Under the pieces are notes generated by a model. It searched no databases. It was given only the letters and a program-made list of their open reading frames with translations, and had not been told where the DNA came from. A DNA stretch of 64,000 nucleotides from Octopus sinensis (Eukaryota), in NCBI RefSeq assembly GCF_006345805.1, contig NC_043004.1, positions 67,828,001-67,892,000 of the forward strand, in the 5' to 3' direction. Positions 43,712 through 55,699 of this stretch are shown in pieces. The translations under genes were made by a program, and so were the position numbers. Numbering within the stretch: position 1 is the first letter of the stretch; every line of letters begins with the position of its first letter.

Positions 43712-43974
43712 GTGTAATAAATAAAATATATGCATACATACAAACATATATGTCCGTACCGACATCTACATGTATATATACATGCATATATAAATATATA
43801 TACGTGCAGGACATCACAGGAAGACGAAAAAATCAACAGAACGAAAACGGAAAAGACATTTTGTTACAACAGAGGGACAGATACGTGGAACAAGAAGAAA
43901 CGAAAACGAAAACGGGAAAAACAATTATGTGCAACAGAAAAACGAAGTACAGGACATGCTACACAAGGAAAAAT

Positions 43975-44015
43975 CCCCTTCATCAGCTGTCGCTAGCAGA
44001 CACGTGTTTCGAAGG
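43975..44015 (-). ncRNA. Circularly permuted (type II-topology) hammerhead-like motif
   Basis: Minus strand ccttc-GAAA-CACGTG-TC-tgctagcgacag-CTGATGA-agggg. Palindromic stem III, GUC triplet; stem I imperfect. Confidence 0.45.
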
Positions 44016-44147
44016 CAGAGACAGAACAGGTAAGGTCAAGCTAGGCCTTCCTACGAGGGAATTAAAATAAAATAAAAGTAGAGGGGTAAACGAGCAAGAA
44101 AAAATGCAACACAAAAGGGGACGTAACAAGAACTGCACAATATATAT

Positions 44148-44181
<34 letters not shown>

Positions 44182-44187
<6 letters not shown>

Positions 44188-44400
44188 ATATTAATTAGAG
44201 ACAAAACCACTATTATGCAAATCAAACAAAGAAAGACTTAATCCAATACATAAAAATGTTTATATAAATTAAATAAAATTAATTTTATTTAACTTAATTT
44301 TATTTAATTTTATTTAATTTATATAAAAAATTTTATGTATTGGATTAAGTCTTTGTTTGATTTGCATAATAGTGGTTTTGTCTCTAATTAATATTATATA
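44182..44400. repeat. Near-perfect inverted repeat, ~100-bp arms
   Basis: tataatattaattagagacaaaaccactattatgcaaatcaaacaaag...acttaatccaatacataaaa versus its reverse complement ending gtggttttgtctctaattaatattatata; one 4-bp indel. Confidence 0.92.
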
Positions 44401-44598
44401 ATATTTTATTATAAAATTGGATTCAATCCTAAATCTGATTTTTCCCTGTAAATTTGGATTTATTCCCTAATATTTATTATTACATTTATTATTATATATA
44501 TTTTAGAAGAAATGAGGTACTCAGAAGATCGGATGGTTTATATTTACAGATATTTATTTATATATTACATTTTTTACATATATATCATATCACTTAGA

Positions 44599-44638
44599 TT
44601 ATAAGCGCTTTCTCCCATTTAGTGGGGTTTTCAAATAA
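44599..44638 (-). ncRNA. Decayed type I hammerhead-like motif
   Basis: Minus strand TTAT-ttgaaaa-CCCC actaaat GGGA-GAAA-GCGC-TT-ATAA. The core differs from CTGAAGA at two positions; palindromic AAGCGCTT. Confidence 0.4.
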
Positions 44639-44650
44639 AAATATATATAT

Positions 44651-44686
<36 letters not shown>

Positions 44687-44752
44687 ACTATATATATATA
44701 TATATATAATATATATATATATAATATATATATAATATAGATATAGATATAA

Positions 44753-44821
<69 letters not shown>

Positions 44822-44834
<13 letters not shown>

Positions 44835-45111
44835 GAAGTTGTGTGAGTGTCTGTCTCCTATGATTTAGATTCCTACTACTCCCACACTTTCCCACATTTT
44901 GCGGTGCAGTGTAACCAAAACCGGGTATCTTATAGCCGTGATTCATATCGAGCCCGTCTGGGTATTAGCGCGCGTCTACGATGAGTCTACGATTTTAAAA
45001 ATAATTTACCATAATTCTTTTCCATTTTAACGCATATTTTTTGGTCGTGGTGGTGATGGTGGTGGTGGTGATGGTGGTGGTGGTGGTGGTGGTGGTGGTG
45101 GTGGTGGTGGT

Positions 45112-45143
<32 letters not shown>

Positions 45144-45865
45144 AAGCTGTCGTCCGGGTTCTTCCAATTTTTTCGTATGTCGGTGGCGGCGTTGGCGTTC
45201 ATGCTCGCACCTGCACCTGTGCAGCTCCTCCCCTTCTTCCCTCCCTCGTGAAGCTGTGGGGAAGGCAGGGTAGGGAAATCAACGTCGTAAAGCGTTGTCA
45301 AGGAGACCATCGTTATTTTAGAACAACAACTTCATGGCTTGAAGTCGCCAAAACAGAAATCGCTGAAAAATCTGAAACAGATCCACAAAAACGGCAAAAA
45401 CCGCCACACAGGGCAGGTTTCCTGTGCAAACAATTTGCACAACCGAATGTTTTAGTCGTTGCACAAATTTTTATATATAAAAGTGAAGTTGTGTGTCTGT
45501 CCCCTACGATTTAGATTCCTAACTACTTCCACATTTTGTGGTGCAGTTTAACCAAAACTGGGTATCTTATAGTCGTGATTCATATCGAACCCTTCTGGGT
45601 ACTAGCGCGCGTCTACGATGAGTCTACGATTTAAAAAAAAAATTACCATCATTTTTTTCCATTTTAATGCATTTTGATCGCTATTATATAAGGGAAGTAA
45701 CTCTCTAAAAATGTCTACGGTGAGTCAACGATTAAAAAAAAATTACCATCATTTTTTATTCCATTTTTAATGCATTTTTTTGCTATTTTCTTGCTATAAC
45801 TCTCTAAAAATGCTTATATAGCTATTTCCATTACAAACCCGAGCAACGCCGGGCGATACTGCTAG
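44822..45865 (+). mobile_element. Non-autonomous Helitron with duplicated 5' region
   Basis: 3' hairpin cccgagcaacgccggg (45838-45853) then CTAG (45862-45865) followed by T; 44825-45040 repeated at 45472-45675; inserted in (TA)n. Confidence 0.75.
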
Positions 45866-45885
45866 TATATATATATATAAATATC

Positions 45886-45921
<36 letters not shown>

Positions 45922-45997
45922 AATGTAAATATTCATATATATTCATATATATATATATTATATATACATACATAAATATAAATATACATATATATTC

Positions 45998-46030
<33 letters not shown>

Positions 46031-46704
46031 CATTGCTGCTTCTTTTAAGGATTTTGCCATTTTTAACAGTCATGGATACGAGCACAGTCATGTGAACGTA
46101 TGCCTGGCTACGGATCTGGATGCTTTCTCGGTAATATAACAGTGAAAACGAAAAAGTACAAACGTAATCATGTTGATTATCTGAATTACACTGTCAGGTC
46201 AGACCACTTCGGAAACGACAAATTTTTCCAGAGACATGTAATAGTTATATGGCCTCTGCGGCAAACGATCATTATAGGCAGTCTGTTTCTCCTTTACAAA
46301 ATGCGCTAGAACATAATACCATCTTACACACATCGGAATCTAAATTGAATATGCTTTGCACCAAACTTCTTGCTACAAGCACTAATTATAGTACGCCAGC
46401 CTTTTCTGTTCTTTGTTTTTACAAATGTTTTGAAGAAAAGCAGTGTGAAAATTTAACTAAATGGAACGAGCAAAACTGAAAGAGGGGAATTTATAAAATA
46501 CTGTACAGTGACTAAACAAATATATAAATACTCCTAATATCAGTAGCCTTGCAGACGATTTAGTATGTTATTGTTTATTATATATTTTATATTGTATATA
46601 AAGTTGTTACTTTCAGACCATGAGTGTTTTCGAAAATTCGCGAGATTATGTTGTGCATGCATATATGGATGTGTGTGTGCGTGTGTATATATATATATAT
46701 ATGT

Positions 46705-46897
46705 ATGTGACCTCGTGAAGACCACTTGCATTTTTTTCCCTCTGTCCTCCCACCTCGGGATCTTTCTTTCGTCCTATGTTTCCGACGAAGAGCTCCGCTC
46801 GAAACGTCTTCCCTTCTTTCCTGAGCGTCCAGTAATAATTTATTTGTTCCACATCCTCGCGTTATTGTCTTTTTGTTTTCTTGTTTGGATTAACTTT
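46705..46897 (+). mobile_element. (TA)n-flanked module with minimal HHR-like motif (46782-46808)
   Basis: CCGACGA-a-GAGC tcc GCTC-GAAA-CG-TC; palindromic ACGT in place of stem III, as in minimal Penelope-associated hammerheads; stem I lost. Confidence 0.55.
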
Positions 46898-46910
46898 ATA
46901 TATATATATA

Positions 46911-46967
<57 letters not shown>

Positions 46968-46996
46968 TATATATATGGAGGGGGTGTTAGTGTGTG

Positions 46997-47352
46997 TCAT
47001 CATCATCATCATCATCATCGTTTAAACGTCCGTTCTCCATGCTAGCATGGGTTGGACGGTTCGACCAGGGTTCTGGGAAGCCAGAAGGCTGCACCAGGCT
47101 CCAGTCTAATCTGGCAATGTTTCTACAGCTGGATGCCCTTCCTAACGCCAACCACTCCGTGAGTGTAGTGGGTGCTTTTTACGTGCCACCTGCACAGGTG
47201 CCAGGCGGGGCTGGCAACGGCCACGGTCAGATTGGTGTATTTTATGTGCCACCGGCACGGAAGCCAGTCGAGGCGGTGCTGGCATCGGCCACGAGTCGGA
47301 TAGTGCTTTTTACGTACCACCAGACCAGGGATCCTGGCTGGTTCAATTCGAT
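46997..47352 (-). mobile_element. SINE family D with (GAT)n tail
   Basis: (CAT)n at 46997-47019; ggatgcccttcctaacgccaacc central motif (Meta-domain-like); second copy at 20467-20700. Confidence 0.7.
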
Positions 47353-48663
47353 GTGTGTATGTATATATATGTATATGCGAGTCTATATTGTTTTCTCCCC
47401 CATACTTCTCTAATTCCGTTTTACTCCCCTTCACCGTTTCCTATTTGTCTGTCTGTCTCTCTCTCCCTCTTTCTCTCTTTCACTCTCTCATTGCTGACAC
47501 GTGACCATCAGCCAGCTTTCCTTTCCTCACGTGACCATCTTTCTTTTCCTGCGCGACGTTCTAGGGACTGAACGTCCTCCATCTCTCGAATGTATGAGTG
47601 TGTGAAAATTGCACTCATTCATAAAATAAATCAAATATATACACCAGTCATATAGAATACATTCACACTCTTTAATTTTCCTATACCTTCCTTCTACTAC
47701 CTTGATGCTGCCCTTGAACTATATCAACGGACAATCTCTTCTGCTTTCATCCAATCTGGGGTCAACCCCTATAAATAGACATTTTTTATCATTACTTTTA
47801 TGGGCTCCTCGTGAGCAGTCATCGAAAAGCTTGTTGTGCATTTTGCTGGAGAATTAAGTTCCTGGTTTTTCCTGAAGAGAAAGCTGCATAATGGACTCCT
47901 TAGTCACTCGGAATTAGGAACTTTGCAGACTTCGAAACATATGTCGAAAATAAAATAAAGGAATTTTGTTAAATCTTCGTTCAGCTCCATTCTTTCCTAT
48001 ACTTAATATATAAAACTTCAAATTTCCGCACTAAGGCACGGATTTCATGCCCTATGGTCGTAACTTCAACCGTGCCCTTTCTGTTGTGAGTTTGCTACCC
48101 AGGTATCGGTTATCTTTCGAATTATCCGTAATAAGATAATTCATTTGTCTACTTAAATAATCATATATATATATACATTTAATATTATACACACACACAC
48201 ACACACACACATGTATATATGGTAGTATACACACACATACATACATATATGGTGAGTTATGAGGATTTACATTACTATTTCCCTTATCAAGCCATTTGCG
48301 AACATTTTTCTATACGTTTCGCACTGAAGAGAATAGTGATATATAATTAATTTAATTTGATTTAATTAATTTAATTATTTATATTCAGTCATGAATTTGC
48401 GTGATATTAATATCGCTCATCGCAACGAACGTCCTAATGAATTAAAGTTCACTTATATTTTAACCTCTTCTCTTCTCCATTTTGAGTTCTGTGAAATTCC
48501 TTTCAATAGATTCTCCTAACCCACTGTATACAAGTATTATTTTCATATTCGCAAACATACGTCAGTGAGCTACCGACAAAATATGAAGAATCTATATTAG
48601 AAATCCTTTTCAGAATCCTCCAGAATAAGGACGAAATATAATTCAAACTTTTACACACACACG

Positions 48664-48732
<69 letters not shown>

Positions 48733-49074
48733 ATAAGATCGTTAATTTAAAAATAAAACAACGATTTATCAAGTGGTCAGCATGGAAAAAATAACCTTCA
48801 AATGTAATAATTATTAAAATCTAAATCAGGGTATCTAAGAGATACCACCATGCTGAAAAAAAGCAGCCTTGATCTGACTATAAAACCACCTTAATTGTCC
48901 ATATATCAACACGGAGAGAAAACAATGAGACAAGATGAAACTGGTGAAAAATTACTGGATAATTCTAGATCTCGGGTTTCTGGATTGGCATTTAGTAATG
49001 GTTTGTCTCGTCACTAGAATACACACAGAAGGAAGAGAAGCAGAAATACACATATATATAATATATATATAACC

Positions 49075-49112
<38 letters not shown>

Positions 49113-49192
49113 GTTTCTCTTGTTATCTGGACACGGGGTAAAAAACCAAATATTTACTTTTTACATTATATTTGAAATTTATAAATGTGTAT

Positions 49193-49420
49193 GTGTGGTA
49201 AGTAGCTTGCTTACCAACCACATGGTTCCGGCATCATTCCCACTGCGTGGCACCAATTCCCCGGGACGGAATCTGAAAGAAGCCCGTCGTATATATATGT
49301 GTGTGTGTATGTGCACGTGTGTGTGTGTGTGCGTGTTTGTGTATGCATGTATGTTTGTGGGTCTGTCTTTGTCCCGCCAACATCCTTTGACAACCGATGC
49401 TGGTGTGTTCACGTCACCGT
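49193..49420 (+). mobile_element. SINE family A, internally deleted
   Basis: gtgtggtaagtagcttgcttaccaaccacatggttccgg...ctgaaagaagcccgtcgta(TG)n...acaaccgatgctggtgtgtt. Confidence 0.75.
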
Positions 49421-49700
49421 ATTATATGTGTGTATAAGAGTTATACAGCGAGTGAAGCCACTAAGTAATTTTCCGTCAAGCTAGAAATTTCGAAGTAGGG
49501 GACTTACCAATCATCTTTGAATTCTTTCAAATTGTCCTACTCGCCTACATTCAACGTTCCAAAATAAGAATAGCTTTTTCATTGTATGGGATTTATATCC
49601 TAATTCTTGCTTGATGACGGAAAACATCTTAGTGGCTTTTCCTTAGTGTATAACTCTTATACACACATATAACGCATACACGCACACACACACACACACG

Positions 49701-49750
<50 letters not shown>

Positions 49751-49796
49751 GTGTGTGTTTGTGTACGTGTGTATGTGTGTGTGTATATGAATGCGT

Positions 49797-50104
49797 GGAG
49801 GCGCAATGGTCCAGTGTTTAGGGCAGCGAACTCGCGGTCGTAGGATCGCGGTTTCGATTCCAAACCGGTCGTTGTGAGTGTTTATTGAGAGAAAACACCT
49901 AAAGCTCCATGAGATTCCGGTAGGGGGTGGTGGCGATCCTTGCTGAATTCTTTCCCAGCAACTTTCCCTCCCTCTTTCTCTTGTTGGCCTGTTCGCTTAG
50001 CCAGCAGGGTGGCGTTATTTAAAGGCTAAAACAATGCGAAGCGCATTGTGACCAACGAAGTGTAGCAACATCTGAAAGCCTGGTCGGTCACGTGCTAACG
50101 TGAT
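49797..50104 (+). mobile_element. tRNA-derived SINE (family E)
   Basis: ggaggcgcaatggtccagtgtttagggcagcgaactcgcggtcgtaggatcgcggtttcgattcc: A box, tRNA-Arg-like CTCGC region, B box; body ~300 bp. Confidence 0.75.
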
Positions 50105-50606
50105 ATATGTATGTATTTATGCATATCCATATATGTGTATACATGTATATATGTGTAGCATACACATGTCAGTGTGGGAGTGCAAATGGTGCATATCTAC
50201 TCCCCCGTTAATTTTAACTTCAATTAAAGTGCTAAGGAGTAATCGAGCGCAGGAAGGCTTCATTCACAAGCGAAAATCTTTATCGTTATGACATGCTTTA
50301 TATGTATTGAAACAGCAACAAAAATAATCAATCTATCTCCTTTTGGTTCTATACTGACAAGTTCCAAGCCCACAAAGAAACAAGAACAATGTAGCAACAA
50401 CCACAAACAAGATATAAATTGTAGTAAATATCGATTATGCGGAATTCGTAAAATAATATCTGTAAATATTAAAATGTAATCTGAGAAATCGATCGGGAGG
50501 ACATTTTTCATACTTATGGGATTAAGATTTTCACACTTTTTACAATAATATTGTACTTTTTATATGCGTTTAAACTTCTTAAGCGAAGCAGTATATATGC
50601 GCACGT

Positions 50607-50658
<52 letters not shown>

Positions 50659-51108
50659 ACCCTTAGGGGTAGCCATATTGAAATGGCAAATATACGTCAC
50701 TATATATATATATATATATATATACATATATGTATACGTGCGTACAAGAGCACATTATTGAAATCTATACTTTCAGCAATTTAATTAGTTTGGGATTAGT
50801 TCAAAATGTTTTTGTTTTTTATTTTATAGTTCGAATAGCTTTTCTTCTTCTTCTTAATATTGTTGTACCACCTTTCTTGCTCTTATTCGTTTAATCATGA
50901 GAATTATAATACTACGCTGAGGTGTCTACAAATTGGTTTAATACATACCATTATATACACATATAGTTTTACATATGCAATACAAATATAGAAATGAATA
51001 TGCATGTATATATATATATAATTTTATATACACATATATATTTATGTATATATATGTACATACATATAAATATATGTACATATATATGTATAAATGTATA
51101 TATACACT

Positions 51109-51146
<38 letters not shown>

Positions 51147-51198
51147 CGAATACACACACACACACAAATACACACACACACATAACACACACACACAC

Positions 51199-51255
<57 letters not shown>

Positions 51256-52359
51256 AGCAGTTGATTCAAATCCCAATGGTTGCGATTAGTATCACGTTTT
51301 GAAAGTATGAATAGCAGCTAATTTGAAAAACTATTTTGACCCATATGTTTAACTTCCAATAAATTTGTTGAGTGTCTTTCCTTCGTTTGTCCACCCTCTC
51401 ACATGTGTATATGAAGAATGAATGAGAGGTTCGTACGGCAAAACGGAAATATATTCTAACATTATATATACATGCGGATTTAAGATCCTGAACATGCTCT
51501 TCTTTCTTTGATTATCCCATGAATGTCATCCGTGAAAAAACATGCATTTCTTTCTCTATCGAACCCATGTATGTCACCTGTGAAAAGATACGTTAATTCT
51601 TTGAAATATTTTGTCAACTCGGCTTTGTTAAAGGATTTGGTATGCAATGCATAATAATTAGAAGTCAACTTATTCATTTTCATTTGTTGATACTTAGGGA
51701 ACGTTTATTGACAAAGGTCTTCATATTCTAGGAGTCTGAATTTCTCTTATAGGAAACTTTTAATAAAAAGGCATATCGCCCATTTGTCCCTCATATTTTA
51801 TTTGTTTAGACTTAGTATTGCTCAGAGCCCATTATATTAAGATTTATTAAATATAAGATTTAGCTGCTGTTTTTATTTTGCAGACAGAGCAACAGTCGAG
51901 GTTCTCTCTTATTTGCTGACCTGTTCATATTTTTATTGCTTCTGTTTGAGTTGTTTTAATTTGCTTTGTCTTGAAGGTCAGTACTGACATATGAGTTAAT
52001 CTTAACAAATTCAGAAAGCTATAGCGAGAGAGAGAGAGAGAGGCAAAGAGAGACAGGGGCAAACAGTGATCCAGGGGCACAAAGTGAGACAGGGAGACAG
52101 AGAAAAAGGGAAAGAAAAAATGGATTCATGAATGTAATCCCATTTTTTTTTCAGATCAGAAATAGTGACAGACTAAGAGAAGGACAAAAGAGTGACGTAT
52201 GCATTTGGGTTTTGGGGATGAAAGACGTTTGCAATAGAACCGCCATAACATCAGTAGATGGGAAAGTATAAATCCATTTAATCTATCATGTGCGCGTGGT
52301 TGTGGTTGTGTGTGTTCTATGAATTGAGTAATATGCAGTGTCTTCGGTAGTTTCTCTGT

Positions 52360-53905
52360 GTTCTGTAGATAATCCAGTAGATTTTTCTGTCCATCCCCAC
52401 ACTCTTCCACAGCAATTAAGCGTCTTCCATCCTGGGCTTCCCTTTAAGCACGGTCAGTTGATATCAGCTTTCGAATGGTGGGCTCCATACATTGTCAACA
52501 GCTTTTTCGTTTTGCTGCCAAGTTTCATATGTCGTTTTCGGCCTACCTCACAATCCCCACTCCATATCTGATTACGAGTCCTGCTCTTGCATGTATTGCT
52601 TCAATAACATTCATGCAATTCAACTTTGACTGCAGTAGTTTTCTCACTTTCCATGTAGGCTCTCTACTGGTAATTTGTTTCATGTTTTCAGGTCTATTTC
52701 ATCTGCCTCCAGTATCCCCAAATACTTATAACACTGTATTTTCTCAACCATTTTAATTGTTTGCCCATTTGGCATCTCCTCAATTCCTCGTTTCCGTCAA
52801 GGCTTCGTCGTTTCATTTTCAACATAGTGCACTTTTCGATACCAATTTCCATAACCACATCATTTGAGAAAAAGGGAACATTACATGAAAATGAATTTCA
52901 AGCTGTTCGTTATTTTTCGCATAAATCCTTATATCATCCATGAAAAAGACATGATATATCTGACCCTATGTCTTTCCTAAATCGTAAGCTATCTGGAATT
53001 TTCGCAGCAATAAACGGAGCTGTATCATAGCCACTACAATTAGTAATGGAGATAAGCTATCACTTTGAAATATTCCACGTCTTGCATTCACTTTTTCAAT
53101 TCCTTGTCTTCTTCCAGTCAATTCAGTATTCCAATGTTTCATACATTCATTAACCATTTTCTCCATATATTCTGCCACTCCTAACATGCCCATTGTCTTA
53201 CTTATCCAAATGTACGGTACTATCATTTCCTCATTTGTAACCTAACCATCCCGTCAATCTGCGGAAATCTAATCAACGTCAATGTCAATCCCGTCAGTCT
53301 GCGTTAATCATGTCTGCATCAATCCCGTCAGTCTGCGTTAATCATGTCACTCTGCATCAATCCCGTCAGTCTGCGTTAATCATGTCACTCTGCATCAATC
53401 CCGCCAGTCTGCATCTACAATTTCTAATTGTCATTTTATTAACTAAGTGGTTTTTTGTTGCCCTGCCTTATTTCTGCATTCTTTCTGCTTTTTCTGGAGT
53501 ATATTAATATCTGTTGACGATTATATAGCTTTTCTGCCAGGACACCGGTTATAAGCTTCCATATAAGTGGTAAACGGGTTATATGTCCAAAATTTGATGC
53601 CAAGTCACCATTCAAAAGATCCATCCGTCCACTTGTCATCCAAGTAGGGACGTGACTGCAAGCATTCATGCAATTGTGCAGCGATTCTTTCATGCAACTG
53701 TATAATAAAGTTCTTCAGCCAGTAACCTTTGACTCCATCTCGACCAGATCCTTTCAAATTTGGTATTTTATAAACTTCAGTCTCACTGTATAAAATCGAT
53801 ACTTACGTTCTGTCTTGGTACATTTGCAAGTTGTTTTCCCAACTGTGTTAGCCACTCTGCATTTTCTTTATGTCTCACCGGCCTGTTGCACAGTTCTCCC
53901 ACATT
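52360..53905 (-). mobile_element. R4/Dong-type non-LTR RT fragment, decayed
   Basis: KGSGRDGVKGYWLKNF, ASNFGHITRLPLIWKLITG, RRGIFQSDSLSPLL, FFMDDIRIY. Confidence 0.8.
53246..53415. repeat. 38-bp minisatellite inside the RT fragment
   Basis: Unit caatcccgtcagtctgcgttaatcatgtcactctgcat, about 4 copies including partial and variant ones. Confidence 0.9.
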
Positions 53906-53914
53906 GTCCTTCAT

Positions 53915-54035
53915 CAGGTTCTCAGTTCAAATTCAGCCGAGGTTGACTTCGCCTTTCATCCTTTCGGGGTGGATAAAATAAGTACCACCAGACTATGCCC
54001 TATCCCAGGTTTCAGGCCTTGAGCCTATAGTAGGA
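53915..54035 (+). mobile_element. SINE family C fragment
   Basis: gttcaaattcagccgaggttgacttcgcctttcatcctttcggggtggataaaataagtacc (Nin/Deu-like domain). Confidence 0.7.
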
Positions 54036-54052
54036 TTATGCTTTTTATTATT

Positions 54053-54598
54053 GAGTAAGAGACCATGCATACCACCAAAATGAAATTGGTGTAAAATAAA
54101 CGAAGCCCAATATACCGATCATGACTACCCCTCTGATAAGGGGACACCAGGCACATGTATCACAACCATATGTGCGCGACATGGTGATCTCTTGTCAAGA
54201 TAAACAGAACATGACCAAGCATGTGGTGCCCGGTTAAAATTTTCTTAAGATCAAGTAGCCCATCCCGCTCAAAAGGTCACTGAATAAGTATTGTTTAATG
54301 ATCTTGAACGAAACACCTATGTTTCCATTGGTGAATTATCCAAGCACCAAAGAATTCTACTCAAAACATGGTTATGATGATCCCCAGCTATTTCTGCAAA
54401 GATGCACATATCGTCTGCTGCCAAGGGACATGCTCAAGTGATTAAGGTCAAATAACTGACAAGCAAATCTTTGGTATTGCGCAGAATATTTGCTGCAGCC
54501 CATCTTTTATACCAAGACAAAACAATGTACATGATAACACTTCCAATCAGTTAAGATCTTTAGTCACGAGAGCCACTCCCTGGTGCTACATAAGGACT
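54053..54598. mobile_element. ~550-bp element, copy 2 (diverged) of 31666-32226
   Basis: Colinear match including cacaaccatatgtgcgcgacatggtgatctc and tttataccaagacaaaacaatgtacatgataacacttccaatcagttaagatc. Confidence 0.85.
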
Positions 54599-55094
54599 AT
54601 AATAATTGTTATTACTGTAGTTATTCATTGTCGTTGTTGATATTGATTTTTTTAATTATTATTGTTGTTGTTGTTATCTTTTTATCACAGATTTTGATGA
54701 AATGTAAGAGGCTTGGTGTCTCATTTGTAAAGACATTGTGTTATTTTGGTAAGATGCTTAGTGCCTCATCGTAAGGACCTTGTGTCCAATGGAACCTTAG
54801 TAAAAGGTTTACTACCTCAAATTGTGTGTTTTGTAAAAGAACAATGTTTTCGAGAAGTAGCGATCGGTGGGCGCCATCTGCCTTCCCTCATTAATACCAT
54901 TGTTTTACATCCTTCACCTCATAAATGGTATTGTCCAACTCGTAGCCACTACTTCTATGTAATGCCTTGATGGCAAATTCAAGGAAATAAAGTGGGTTCC
55001 TCCCATTTGTGTGATGCGCGACTGCCATCGTACTGTAGTTGATGTTTTACGTTAGTGGCCACAGTAGTTACTAGTCATTGGTCGCCGTTGTATC

Positions 55095-55480
55095 TTTTCC
55101 CAAATCAGATGCTTGGGCATAACAGACCGGACCTAGTGATGGTGTACAAGGTACACCGCATATGCTATACAGTTGGTGTTCAATGTTCTTTTGACCCACG
55201 AATAGTCAAGATACAAGCCTCCTAAGTACGAATCGTCCTATCTACGGAAAATGAATGTAAAAATAGTGCCAATTATTTCTGGATCCTGGGGAACAATATT
55301 AGAAGGCAGCAAGAGGAATATAAAGGAAATTGGATTAGAGTGTACAATAGAACTGACACAAATGTTCTTGCCTCCTTGGCACGGCCAGAATAATGAGGAA
55401 GGTATTAGATAGTTGAAAAGAACAAACAGTATAGTATCGTAGGCTGCAGGTATTAAGCCCGCTACGCATGCAAGACTCCA
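55095..55480 (+). mobile_element. R4/Dong-type REL endonuclease C-terminus plus 3'UTR
   Basis: HNRPDLVMV...CSFDPRI, IVPIISGSWGT, LLGTARIMRKVLDS*. Confidence 0.75.
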
Positions 55481-55487
55481 AGAGTTT

Positions 55488-55614
55488 CATCTGATGAAGG
55501 CCGGAGGGTATATCAGGCGAAACGTTGTGTTAGCAACAAACAAGATGAGGACAAATATCCGTGAGATGTAGATGTAAATAATGTAAATAATTCCTCATCT
55601 CTTAAATATAGGAC
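55488..55614 (+). mobile_element. 3' module of the HHR-bearing SINE (second copy)
   Basis: cat-CTGATGA-aggccggagggtatatcaggc-GAAA-CG-TT-gtgt, then aggacaaatatccgt...aatttctcatctcttaaa-like end shared with 15060-15126. Confidence 0.65.
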
Positions 55615-55699
55615 TGGATGGATAATTTGTTAACTGGTGTAGTTGAGTTGCAAAAAAAGCAGCATCAACAACTGAAGGAACAACGAGAACAACAACAAT

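Noticed and set aside
44987-45514. Poly-His and poly-Val ORFs
   Set aside because: They arise from a (GGT)n tract inside a non-autonomous Helitron.
49797-49865. tRNA gene (likewise 14839-14910 and 17925-17990)
   Set aside because: Degenerate tRNA-like heads that continue into SINE bodies, without a complete cloverleaf.
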